DNA of 64,000 nt from positions 1,109,135-1,173,134 of the forward strand of contig OZ242018.1 of assembly GCA_965204855.1 (NCBI GenBank), read 5' to 3'. The stretch is from Dehalococcoidia bacterium. Lineage in GTDB: Bacteria > Chloroflexota > Dehalococcoidia > Lucifugimonadales > JADFKI01. Made by a program: the position numbers and the translations under genes. Under the pieces are notes generated by a model. The model did not search any database. It was given only the letters and a program-made list of their open reading frames with translations, and was not told where the DNA came from. The stretch's first letter is position 1; each line of letters opens with the position of its first letter. Positions 17,660 through 26,255 of the stretch are shown here, piece by piece.

Positions 17660-18804
17660 TCGGCGTATCCTGTGAGCTCGACATAGCCGTTGCCGGTAAC
17701 GGGTCCTCCGCTGGCGGCGCCTTCTATTTGCACTGCGCCTTCCCAGTAGCGGACGATGGCGTCGAGTTCCTGGTCGCTGATGTAGGGCGTAATCTCGACG
17801 TCCAGCCCTTCCGTGGGCATACGGAATCGCCAGCGCGCGGGGTATGTCCCGCCGCGCGGACTTTGCCACCTGTCCAGCACATCGAGGAGCACCTCGCCTT
17901 CTTCTATGCTGCGGTGGCTGCCGTCCACTTCGACTACGGTGCCGAGTTGGAATTCGCTTGCCGTTTCATCGCGAGGGCGGAGGACGCCGTACATTATGTC
18001 GCGGCCGTCCGATAGTTGAAGCGCGAACCAGTCCCAGCCGACATGCTCTTCAGAGAGTTGTGACGAACTCCATTCCCTGTCCAGCCAGCTCAAGCCACTG
18101 ACCGCGCGGGTCTGTCCGTTCAGGGTAATCGTGCCCTCGGTCGGCATGCGCGTAAGCGAGTAGTAGTAAGACGCCTCGCCACTGTTGTTACCCTTGCGAC
18201 TGAAGCCGTCTTCGCCGTTCAGCACGATGTCCTTCTTACTGGACAAGAGAAGGTCGATTGCAACGCTGTTCTCGCTAGCTATCAGTCGTATCGGTAGCGT
18301 GTCGCCGTTCGTTGAAGTGGCCGACCAGTCCTCCAGCCATACGCGGAATGGGGAACCTGCCGCTCCAGCCAATCGCAAGGCATCGCGGCCGTATCGCTCA
18401 AACGAGTGGAACCGGTCGTTTTCCACATCAGTCAGGGCGAAATGGGCAGTGTACATCTGATTCGCCGCCCATTCGGAACTGCGGTCGAATTCTTCGGAGG
18501 TCAAGCCTATCCTGAAGAAGGTCAGCTCATATCCGAAGTGCCTGCCGTCCGGCGAGTCCAGATTGCCGGTGAAGTACCACCATTCGAGGGCGTAGTCCGG
18601 GTGTGGGCCGTGGTCGTCCGGGAAGGCGAACTTGCGCGGCGCGGTAACTCTCTTGAAGCCAAGGCTGCCGGGGTTGAGGGCATCCGAGAGAGACAGGCTT
18701 GCGCTCACCTCATGCCGGCGTGAATCGCGGTCGAGTGCGTAGATTCCTCCGCCTAAAATGGCGAGAACTACGGCGAGGCTCAGTACGATGATTGCAATAC
18801 GCAT
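17656..18804 (-). CDS. AttH/CrtC-like lipocalin-domain protein (carotenoid 1,2-hydratase family), secreted or anchored
   Basis: HPDYALEWWYFTGNL...GYELTFFR signature. N-terminal TM. Follows the ABC/FtsX genes as in attEFGH. Confidence 0.8.
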   Translation of the reverse strand: MRIAIIVLSLAVVLAILGGGIYALDRDSRRHEVSASLSLSDALNPGSLGFKRVTAPRKFAFPDDHGPHPDYALEWWYFTGNLDSPDGRHFGYELTFFRIGLTSEEFDRSSEWAANQMYTAHFALTDVENDRFHSFERYGRDALRLAGAAGSPFRVWLEDWSATSTNGDTLPIRLIASENSVAIDLLLSSKKDIVLNGEDGFSRKGNNSGEASYYYSLTRMPTEGTITLNGQTRAVSGLSWLDREWSSSQLSEEHVGWDWFALQLSDGRDIMYGVLRPRDETASEFQLGTVVEVDGSHRSIEEGEVLLDVLDRWQSPRGGTYPARWRFRMPTEGLDVEITPYISDQELDAIVRYWEGAVQIEGAASGGPVTGNGYVELTGYAD

Positions 18805-18844
18805 AATTGTTTCTTATCGATTTGCTGCGTGCCGGATGCGGCAA

Positions 18845-21427
18845 CTACTCCCTGCGCAAGACTGACGCGGGCGATGAGCGCGACATCTTTATGGCCGGAT
18901 AGACGCTCGCGAGTAATGCCGCGGCTACGGCAATCACAACTGCCTGCGCTAGCACAAGTGGGTATATTTCCATGTCCATAGTCCAGCCGAAGGACCTGCG
19001 ATTGACCACGAATATGAGCACGGCTGCCTGGATAAGTCCTAACGGCAACGAGAGCAGCCCTGCTATGACGCCCATGAGGGCTGTCTGGGAGGTGAACATC
19101 AGCCACACCTGTCTTGGCGTGAAGCCAATGACGCGGAGCGTGCCGAACTCGAGTGTGCGCTCCATCTGCATTGCCATAAGCGCGCTGAGCACGCCAATGA
19201 ACGCAACCGATATTGAAAGGATATAGACGACCGATGTGATGGCAAAGCTGCGGTCGAAGACTTCCATCGCGGCAGCCTTCAGTTCGGCGTTGGAACGAAT
19301 CACAATCTGCTGTCCCGCGCCGATGGCGCTTTCAATCGCCGGGATTAGTTCATCAGGACTGATTCCTTCTGATGCCGTTATCCCGATTCCGGAGAAATTA
19401 TCGTCGTCGTAAAACTGCTGGTACGCGTTGCGGCTCATCAATAGCCTGCCGCTGCCGGAGAAGTTGTAGTCGTAGTAAATACCCGCGATGCGAAAGTCGC
19501 GTTCTCCCTCCGCGGTGTGGAGCCTGACGAGCGAACCAACACCCTTGTCGTTGAGGTTGGCGAACGGCTCTGATACAGCTACTGCGTCGCCCGCTTGCAA
19601 GTCGTCCCAAAAGCCTGCCGGGTCTCCCTCTTTGAAAGTGTTGTACCGGGCGAACCTTTCAGCGGTTGTGCCCACAACCAGCAAATCTACTTCGCCATCC
19701 GGCGAGTGGACGCGCACATTTCGGACGGTACTTACGCTCTCCACGCCATCTATAACGCTGATGCTTTCCAAAATCGCGGGGGATAGACCCGCTCCCGACC
19801 GTTCCAGCCGGAGAGAGGCGGGCGAGATGTAGATGTCGGAGCTTAGTGAGGTGTTCAGCCACTGTTCGACGGTGGTGCGGAAGCTCTTGACCATTGTGTC
19901 GATGGAGATCGTGATGGAGATGGCTACGGCGAGCGCCGCGATCGCGACCGCCGTTCGGCTCAGGGATGAGACGATGCCCCGCGCCGGCGCCGCGCCCAAT
20001 GCGCCGAACATTCTTGCCAGCGTGGGCGAAATCGACTTGCTGACCAGGACGAGACAGATAGGCGTGAGAGCCGCACAGCCTATGATGAGTGACGCTAGTC
20101 CGATAAATGTGAATATGAGCGTATCGACTGGAAGGAAAATTAGCGCGATGCCGGCAGAAATGAGAATGACGCCGACGGCGGAGGCTAGTGGCACGGCGCT
20201 CTTCAAGCTCGTCTCAAGGTGTGAGCGGGAGAGCGCTTCCCTCGGAGGGATACCCGTTGCCTCCAGGGCGGGCACGAATGCCGCCGTCAAGGTCGCAAGG
20301 ATGCCCAACAGTACGCCTTTTGCCAGCGACCATGCGGGAATGGTGAGTTCCTGCACCGATACGACGAAGAACAGGTCGTTGATATTCTGTGTGATGACGT
20401 GGACAAGGCCACGTCCGACGAGTATGCCAAGCAGAACTCCTATTATCGAGCTTACGGCGCCGATGGCGAGTGCCTCACCGAGCACTACGGCGAACACCTC
20501 TCGCCTCGTTACGCCAAGAGCGCGCAGAGAGCCGATTATCGGACGGCGCTGCACTATGGAGAAGGTCATCGTGTTGTAGATGAGGAACGCGCCGATTATC
20601 AGCCCCAACAGGCTGATGATAAAAAGGTTCTGGTCGAAGGAACGGGTAAGCTGCGCGATGGTCTCGGATCGGGCGCTTGAACTCTGAAGGGCGGCTTCGG
20701 GTGGGAGCGAGGCGGCTATGCGTCCAAGAAGCCGTTCGCCATGTTCATTCTGCTGCACAATGAGGTCGATTCGGCTAAGCCTTCCCTCTAGTCCCAGCAG
20801 TTCCTGAGCGGTCGAAATATCCGTAATCAGGAGATTACGCAGAGACTCGGCGCTCAGACTATTTTGCGGCTCAATCAAGGCTACAATCTCGACCGATCGC
20901 GTTTTGTCCGCGATGCCGAGCGCCAAAGTGTCGCCTGGCTTCAGTCTCAAAGCCTCCGCAGTCTCAACAGAGGTGAGGGCGGTGTTGGGATAGGCGAGGA
21001 GCGAAGTCGTGAAATTGGCTGGCGAGCTTGAGCGATTATTCGAGCCGTCAGGGGATGCTGCGCTGCCAGTGTAGGGTCTGAATTGCGTGTCCGAAAGAGG
21101 GTCTATCCCGAGCAGTTGCAGCGTTCTGCCGTCGTCCAGCCTGGCGTAGCCTGAGACTACCGGTGCGGAATCGCGAGCGCCCACATCAAGCCGAAGCGTG
21201 CGGTAAACGTCTTCCGGCAGACCAGCAGGCCCACCCACAATCTGGTGGGTCGCCTTGCCCGTTACGGCACTGCTTGACAGGTTGAATGCATGCTTGGCGC
21301 TCTGGTTGCCCAGGTCTATCGCCACCACTACGGCGACGCCAAGCGTTATGCCCAGCACGGACAGCGCCATCTGCCAGGGGCGGTGCAGCAGGTAACGAGC
21401 GCTCGACAGCCAGAGAACCGCGCTCAT
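18845..21427 (-). CDS. ABC transporter permease, double FtsX domain (YbbP/AttFG-like)
   Basis: 860 aa, two FtsX 4-TM modules each preceded by a large periplasmic loop. Confidence 0.9.
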   Translation of the reverse strand: MSAVLWLSSARYLLHRPWQMALSVLGITLGVAVVVAIDLGNQSAKHAFNLSSSAVTGKATHQIVGGPAGLPEDVYRTLRLDVGARDSAPVVSGYARLDDGRTLQLLGIDPLSDTQFRPYTGSAASPDGSNNRSSSPANFTTSLLAYPNTALTSVETAEALRLKPGDTLALGIADKTRSVEIVALIEPQNSLSAESLRNLLITDISTAQELLGLEGRLSRIDLIVQQNEHGERLLGRIAASLPPEAALQSSSARSETIAQLTRSFDQNLFIISLLGLIIGAFLIYNTMTFSIVQRRPIIGSLRALGVTRREVFAVVLGEALAIGAVSSIIGVLLGILVGRGLVHVITQNINDLFFVVSVQELTIPAWSLAKGVLLGILATLTAAFVPALEATGIPPREALSRSHLETSLKSAVPLASAVGVILISAGIALIFLPVDTLIFTFIGLASLIIGCAALTPICLVLVSKSISPTLARMFGALGAAPARGIVSSLSRTAVAIAALAVAISITISIDTMVKSFRTTVEQWLNTSLSSDIYISPASLRLERSGAGLSPAILESISVIDGVESVSTVRNVRVHSPDGEVDLLVVGTTAERFARYNTFKEGDPAGFWDDLQAGDAVAVSEPFANLNDKGVGSLVRLHTAEGERDFRIAGIYYDYNFSGSGRLLMSRNAYQQFYDDDNFSGIGITASEGISPDELIPAIESAIGAGQQIVIRSNAELKAAAMEVFDRSFAITSVVYILSISVAFIGVLSALMAMQMERTLEFGTLRVIGFTPRQVWLMFTSQTALMGVIAGLLSLPLGLIQAAVLIFVVNRRSFGWTMDMEIYPLVLAQAVVIAVAAALLASVYPAIKMSRSSPASVLRRE

Positions 21428-21466
21428 TCTTCACGCTCCGACCTGTGTCTATTGTGGCACGGGGGG

Positions 21467-22168
21467 CTATCGTATCGAGTTGACTTGAACATATTGTTCG
21501 GTGCGGTCCACTAGCCTGCCGTCCTCCATTGCGAGCACTCGGTCTGCAATGCCGACAACCATGTCGCTGTGCGATACGACAACCATCGTCTTGCCGCTGC
21601 CCTCGATGAGGCTCTTCAGGAGCGACATTATGGCCGTGCCGGTGTCGGCATCGAGGTTGCCCGTCGGCTCATCGGCAAGAATGAGCGGCGGGTCGTGAAC
21701 TAGAGCGCGGGCGATTGCGACTCGCTGCTTCTCTCCGCCGGAAAGCCTGTCCGGGTAGCTGTCGAGCCTGTCCGCCATTTCGACTTGTTCCAGCAGACCG
21801 GAGATGCGCTCCCGCGACCTATCTGCCGGAAAGGAATTGAGCTGAAGCGGCAGCAGGAGGTTTTCCCGTATGCTCAGTGTCGGGATCAGGTTGAAGAACT
21901 GGAAGACGAAGCCGATGTTCTTTCGCCTGAAGAGCGTACGCTCCTTCTCGGAAAGCCTCGTTATGGGTGTGGCATCAATCAGCACCTCGCCGCTTGTAGG
22001 TGTGTCGATGCCGCTGATGAGGTTGAGCAGGGTGGTCTTGCCGGAGCCGCTCGGACCTGCGAGAGCGACGAATTCGCCTCGATTAATCTTGGCGTCTGCC
22101 TGTTGAACGACCAGACGAGTCTCGCTGCCCTCGTCGTAGCACTTCGTAAGAGCGCGCATTTCGACCAT
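21467..22168 (-). CDS. ABC transporter ATP-binding protein (LolD/MacB-type)
   Basis: Walker [13 protein letters not shown], signature LSGGEKQR, Walker [13 protein letters not shown]. Confidence 0.95.
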   Translation of the reverse strand: MVEMRALTKCYDEGSETRLVVQQADAKINRGEFVALAGPSGSGKTTLLNLISGIDTPTSGEVLIDATPITRLSEKERTLFRRKNIGFVFQFFNLIPTLSIRENLLLPLQLNSFPADRSRERISGLLEQVEMADRLDSYPDRLSGGEKQRVAIARALVHDPPLILADEPTGNLDADTGTAIMSLLKSLIEGSGKTMVVVSHSDMVVGIADRVLAMEDGRLVDRTEQYVQVNSIR

Positions 22169-22409
22169 CGGGGCTTGTCCCTCGATGACGTTTGCGCCGT
22201 GGTAGAGCGAATTCTTGTCGGTTGGGCTGGCTGTACCGATTGTTCGTTCCTGTCTCTAACCCTTTGTGTCGTCATCTTGCCGACGAAAATGAAGCTTTCC
22301 CACTTCCTTTATAGCACAGCGCGGGCAGCAGGCGGTACTGTTCAGCGTCTCCGGTCGCCAGATGACTGCGTGTAATAGACGATGGATAAGAAAATTCCAC
22401 TAGTGCAGT

Positions 22410-22436
22410 TTAGGGCGATGAGGATGGGGGTGAAAT
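22410..22436 (-). repeat. family-A repeat, partial copy (reverse)
   Basis: ttagggcgatgaggatgggggtgaaat. Confidence 0.6.
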
Positions 22437-22462
22437 CACCGTCCGCCTGAACTTGCCGAAGA

Positions 22463-22495
22463 GACAGGACAAAGTATCCTGTCCATCGATGTCAG
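22463..22495 (-). repeat. family-B repeat copy (reverse) with internal hairpin ACAGGA-7 nt-TCCTGT
   Basis: gacaggacaaagtatcctgtccatcgatgtcag; reverse complement contains gacatcgatggacaggat. Confidence 0.65.
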
Positions 22496-22507
22496 CCCCC
22501 GTCCCCC

Positions 22508-22536
22508 TTGACAATAGGAACATCCGTGCCTATAAT
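22508..22536 (+). promoter_or_regulatory. perfect consensus sigma70 promoter TTGACA-17 nt-TATAAT
   Basis: TTGACA 22508-22513, TATAAT 22531-22536. In-frame ATG at 22546 is only 9 nt after the -10 box, implying a leaderless mRNA. Confidence 0.75.
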
Positions 22537-22545
22537 GCAGAACAC

Positions 22546-23373
22546 ATGATTGCAGATACACTACAACAAACACAGCACACCACCCGCCGCGAACTCGTCG
22601 AGTCGTTCAGACGGATGGTGCTCGAAAAAACGAACAACGGCAGTCTCATAATTGAATTCCTCATCTCAGCCGTCAATGGCGAGCTGGAAGACTTCAAGCC
22701 TTGCCACAAGCTCGAAGCCGCAAGACTGCTCGAAAAGTTCACCGGCGTGCAAGCCCAGTCACTCATCGACGGCCTGGACTTGCAGCCCGCCACTAGGCGA
22801 GAGCGCCGCGATGGGCGCCGTGCCGACAGGCGCATAAGCTCCGAGATAGCACAGATAGCGCAAGAAAGGACAGACAACGGCAGTACCATCGTTGAGTTCC
22901 TGGTCTCCGCTATGGAAGGCAACCTGCAAGACTTCAAGCCCTGCCACAGGATGTCCGCATCCAGGGAACTGCTGCGCTGCCTCTTCGACTTCATAGAGGA
23001 AGACGATGACTCCGCTCGTCCTGAGCCTGTCGAAGGACCGGAAGAAGAGGAGGAGCGCCTGCGCCGTGAGGAATACGAGCGCCGCCGCGCCGATGCCATC
23101 GACTTCAGCCTGCACGGCCCTGTGTACTACGAGGTCTATCCATTCCCCTGCATCTGCGAGGACAGGCGACACGACTGCAAGGGCAACGAGCTTACCGATG
23201 AGGAAATCTCCGAAGTCGAGATGGAAGCCCCCGGCTACGACATCTTCATCCACGACCCCGACAAGCAGGCAGCCTTCAAGGCACGCTATGAGGCATACCT
23301 GACCCGTCTCAACCCCGGCATGGACATAGACTTCAGCCGCATCCGCTGGCGCAAGCTCACCCACGACCCCTGA
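22546..23373 (+). CDS. hypothetical protein with internal duplication and C-terminal CxC...HxC cluster
   Basis: Modules TNNGSLIIEFLISAVNGELEDFKPCHKLEAARLLEKF (22630-22740) and TDNGSTIVEFLVSAMEGNLQDFKPCHRMSASRELLRCLF (22870-22986). ORF-track start 22453 would lie upstream of the promoter. Confidence 0.65.
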   Translation: MIADTLQQTQHTTRRELVESFRRMVLEKTNNGSLIIEFLISAVNGELEDFKPCHKLEAARLLEKFTGVQAQSLIDGLDLQPATRRERRDGRRADRRISSEIAQIAQERTDNGSTIVEFLVSAMEGNLQDFKPCHRMSASRELLRCLFDFIEEDDDSARPEPVEGPEEEEERLRREEYERRRADAIDFSLHGPVYYEVYPFPCICEDRRHDCKGNELTDEEISEVEMEAPGYDIFIHDPDKQAAFKARYEAYLTRLNPGMDIDFSRIRWRKLTHDP

Positions 23374-23487
23374 TAGCCAACTCACTCACAATTGAATACT
23401 GACGCCCGCGAAAGCAGGGATGCAGGTGAAACGAATACGCCCGCTCCCAAAAGCGTTTAGCGGTGGGCATAATTGCCATTCACCTTA

Positions 23488-23529
23488 TCCCTTCCCCCTT
23501 GATGGGGGAAGGTTAGGATGGGGGTGAAA
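23488..23529 (-). repeat. family-A hairpin repeat, copy 3 (reverse)
   Basis: tcccttcccccttgatgggggaaggttaggatgggggtgaa; perfect CCTTCCCCC/GGGGGAAGG stem. Confidence 0.9.
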
Positions 23530-23560
23530 TCGCAAATGCAAGGCCCGATTATTTTCAATA

Positions 23561-23594
23561 CCTACCCCTGTGAACCCATCAAAGGGGAAGGGAC
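23561..23594 (+). repeat. family-A repeat, degenerate partial copy (forward)
   Basis: cctacccctgtgaacccatcaaaggggaagggac resembles the 3' half of copy 1. Confidence 0.5.
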
Positions 23595-23718
23595 TAACGC
23601 AAGATTCTCAATAGAACGGCGTCTATGTGCGTAGCATTGTTCGGGTGGTATATTATGGCGAGGCGGGTGGCGGCATATGTATGACTGATATGACTGGACA
23701 TTGCCAAGGAGGCTTGCT

Positions 23719-24642
23719 ATGGCTGACTACGGAGACTACACGGCATATTTCAATGGCGAATGGGTGCCATACAAGGAGGTGCGAATTTCGCCTGATGACA
23801 GGGGATTCATGGTGGCTGATGTGGTCTTCGACATCGGGCGCACTTTCAATGGCGTACCCTTCGTTCTGGACAGGCATATCGACAGGCTGTATCGCTCACT
23901 GAAGTATCTTCGGATTGACTGCGGCCTGACTCCCGGCGAGATGATGTCGCTGTGCGAGGAGGGAGTGCGGCGCAACGAAGAGCATCTGGAGAGTGCCGGA
24001 GATTTCTCCATAAACCCGTTCGTGACGCGAGGCGCACAGGCAAGGCATATCGGAGACGCAGGTCCCGCGACCGTGTGCATCAGCATAAAGCCGGTGGCAT
24101 TCGCTTCCTTCGCGCACTTTTACACTGAGGGAGCACACGGCGTCATTGCGCGCACAAGAAGCTACAGCAGCCAGTTTATGGACCCAAAGGTGAAGCACCA
24201 CAGCCGGCTGAACTTCGTGCAGGCTGAGCTGGAAGTCGCGGATGTTGACCCGAACGCGCAGCCGATTCTGCTGGATGACTCGGGTAACTTGAGTGAGGGC
24301 ATCGGCTACAATGTGTTTCTCGTCAAGGATGGCGTGCTGAAGACTCCGACCGACCGCAGCATTCTGCAGGGGATTTCGCGCGGGGTTCTAATCGAACTGG
24401 CGGAGCGGCTCGACATTCCATTCAGCGAAGAGGACCTTCAGCCATACGACCTGTACACTGCGGACGAGGTGTTCTTCTCGCGCACAAGCCCGCGGATCGT
24501 GCCGGTGAGCCGGGTGGACAATCGAGCGGTGGGCGAGGAATGCCCCGGGCCGATTACCCGACAGCTAATCAGCGCGCACAGCGAGATGGTGGGTGTGGAC
24601 ATCGTTGACCAGGCGATGCACTTTGCGGGTATCGCGGGCTAA
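23719..24642 (+). CDS. class IV aminotransferase (branched-chain/D-amino-acid aminotransferase family)
   Basis: FNGEWVPYKEVRISPDDRGFMVADVVFD and downstream fold-type IV pattern. ATG 23719 follows AAGGAGG (23706-23712). Confidence 0.85.
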   Translation: MADYGDYTAYFNGEWVPYKEVRISPDDRGFMVADVVFDIGRTFNGVPFVLDRHIDRLYRSLKYLRIDCGLTPGEMMSLCEEGVRRNEEHLESAGDFSINPFVTRGAQARHIGDAGPATVCISIKPVAFASFAHFYTEGAHGVIARTRSYSSQFMDPKVKHHSRLNFVQAELEVADVDPNAQPILLDDSGNLSEGIGYNVFLVKDGVLKTPTDRSILQGISRGVLIELAERLDIPFSEEDLQPYDLYTADEVFFSRTSPRIVPVSRVDNRAVGEECPGPITRQLISAHSEMVGVDIVDQAMHFAGIAG

Positions 24643-24668
24643 CAGGATTTACAGGGCAGAAAGGATAG
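24640..24668 (+). repeat. family-B repeat copy (forward) beginning on the TAA stop codon
   Basis: taacaggatttacagggcagaaaggatag. Confidence 0.7.
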
Positions 24669-24670
24669 TT

Positions 24671-24732
24671 TCCCTCACCCCCTGCCTACGCAGAGGCAGG
24701 CTCTAACTTCGCGGATTAAGGGGGGAAGGGAC
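24671..24732 (+). repeat. family-A variant copy (forward) with extra hairpin CCTGCCT-acgcag-AGGCAGG
   Basis: tccctcaccccctgcctacgcagaggcaggctctaacttcgcggattaaggggggaagggac. Confidence 0.6.
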
Positions 24733-24849
24733 TATTGCGTGTTTCTGTGCAGCGTTGCGCAGGGTGGCGATTAACTTGCCGTGATTGTAGAATAGTGCCG
24801 TTGACGCGCAAGTTGCGGCGTCATATCAAATGGAAGGTCTGAGAAGATA

Positions 24850-25593
24850 ATGGCAGTCAGATACTCACGGAAAATTGCATTTACGATTGTTGCTCTGTTC
24901 GCACTGGCTGCGATGGCCGCGTGTTCGAGTGAGCCGGAGCTTGGAGCGCCAAAGGCGCCTGCCGCCGCGCCCGCACAGGCCGCACCTGCCGCGCCCACAG
25001 CGGCACCACCGGCGGCTGAGCCTGCGATGAAGCAGTGGGACGCCCCGCCCGCAATGACGATTGACACGAGCAAGGACTACACGGCGGTCATCGAGCTGGA
25101 AAAGGGCGGCGAGATAGTAATAGACCTTTTCGAGGATGGCGCGCCGACGACGGTGAACAACTTCGTATTCCTGGCTAGGGAAGGGTTCTACGACGGCGTT
25201 ACTTTCCACCGCGTGCTGGAGGGGTTCATGGCGCAGACCGGCGACCCGACAGGCACGGGTGGCGGGGGGCCCGGATACCGATTCGACAATGAAGTCAGCC
25301 CCGACCTTCGGCATGACGGGCCCGGCGTGCTCTCCATGGCGAACGCGGGAATGCGAAACGGGCAGGGCACGAACGGCAGCCAGTTCTTCATCACGTTCCG
25401 CGAGACGCATTTCCTGGACGGGTACAATCTTGACGGCTCGGAAAAAGACTGCGCTGCGGAGTCCTGCCACTCAGTATTCGGGCAGGTAGATGAGGGCAGC
25501 ATGGGTGTGGTGATGAGCATCAGTCTGAGAGACCCAAACACTGCGACCGGTCCGGGCGACGTTATCAAGACAATCAGAATCGAAGAAAATTAG
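24850..25593 (+). CDS. cyclophilin-type peptidyl-prolyl isomerase, lipoprotein
   Basis: Lipobox LAAMAAC, Ala/Pro linker, cyclophilin core [15 protein letters not shown]...[10 protein letters not shown]. Confidence 0.9.
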   Translation: MAVRYSRKIAFTIVALFALAAMAACSSEPELGAPKAPAAAPAQAAPAAPTAAPPAAEPAMKQWDAPPAMTIDTSKDYTAVIELEKGGEIVIDLFEDGAPTTVNNFVFLAREGFYDGVTFHRVLEGFMAQTGDPTGTGGGGPGYRFDNEVSPDLRHDGPGVLSMANAGMRNGQGTNGSQFFITFRETHFLDGYNLDGSEKDCAAESCHSVFGQVDEGSMGVVMSISLRDPNTATGPGDVIKTIRIEEN

Positions 25594-25619
25594 AGAAATC
25601 GATATCGATTGGAGGAATT

Positions 25620-26150
25620 GTGGCAAGCAAGCAATATAGCGTACCGCCAGCGATGGCGATAGATGGAAGCAAGAAATATACGGCAACGATTGAGATGGAG
25701 AAGGGCGGGGAGATAGAGATAGAGCTTTTCGCGGCGGAAGCGCCCGCTACCGTGAACAACTTCGTTTTTCTCGCGCGTGAAGGCTACTACGACGGCGTAA
25801 CCTTCCATCGCGTAATTCCGGGCTTCATGGCGCAGGGCGGTGATCCGACCGGCTCTGGGAGTGGAGGACCGGGCTACCAGTTCGACGACGAGTTCCATCC
25901 CAGCCTGCGGCACGACTCGCCGGGAATCCTGTCGATGGCGAACGCGGGTGTTAGAGGAGGACGTGGCACGAACGGCAGCCAGTTCTTCATAACTTTCGTG
26001 CCCACGCCGCATCTGGACGACCATCACTCGGTGTTTGGCAAAGTGGTGTCGGGCATGGATGTGGTCAACGGCATATCTGTGCGAGACCCGATGCGGCAAA
26101 GGACGCCGGGGGATGCGATGAAGACTATCCGAATCGAGGAATCCGAATAA
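25620..26150 (+). CDS. cyclophilin-type peptidyl-prolyl isomerase (no signal peptide)
   Basis: [15 protein letters not shown]...[14 protein letters not shown] start after GGAGGA. Confidence 0.9.
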   Translation: MASKQYSVPPAMAIDGSKKYTATIEMEKGGEIEIELFAAEAPATVNNFVFLAREGYYDGVTFHRVIPGFMAQGGDPTGSGSGGPGYQFDDEFHPSLRHDSPGILSMANAGVRGGRGTNGSQFFITFVPTPHLDDHHSVFGKVVSGMDVVNGISVRDPMRQRTPGDAMKTIRIEESE

Positions 26151-26187
26151 CCCTGCATACACCCTAGTCAATAGACACTGACAAGGA

Positions 26188-26220
26188 AGAGGCGCTGGCG
26201 GTAACACCGCCAGCGCCTCT
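26188..26220. terminator. 14-bp-stem hairpin between convergent genes (putative bidirectional terminator)
   Basis: AGAGGCGCTGGCGG-taaca-CCGCCAGCGCCTCT. No strong U tract on either side. Confidence 0.55.
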
Positions 26221-26255
26221 GCTGCTACTGGTTGCTCGTATTTGGCGACTCGGGT

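Noticed and set aside
25597-25610. 14-bp palindrome AATCGATATCGATT between the two cyclophilin genes
   Set aside because: ATCGAT-type palindromes recur in the family-B repeats, and this one abuts the SD. It may be incidental and there is no evidence of function.
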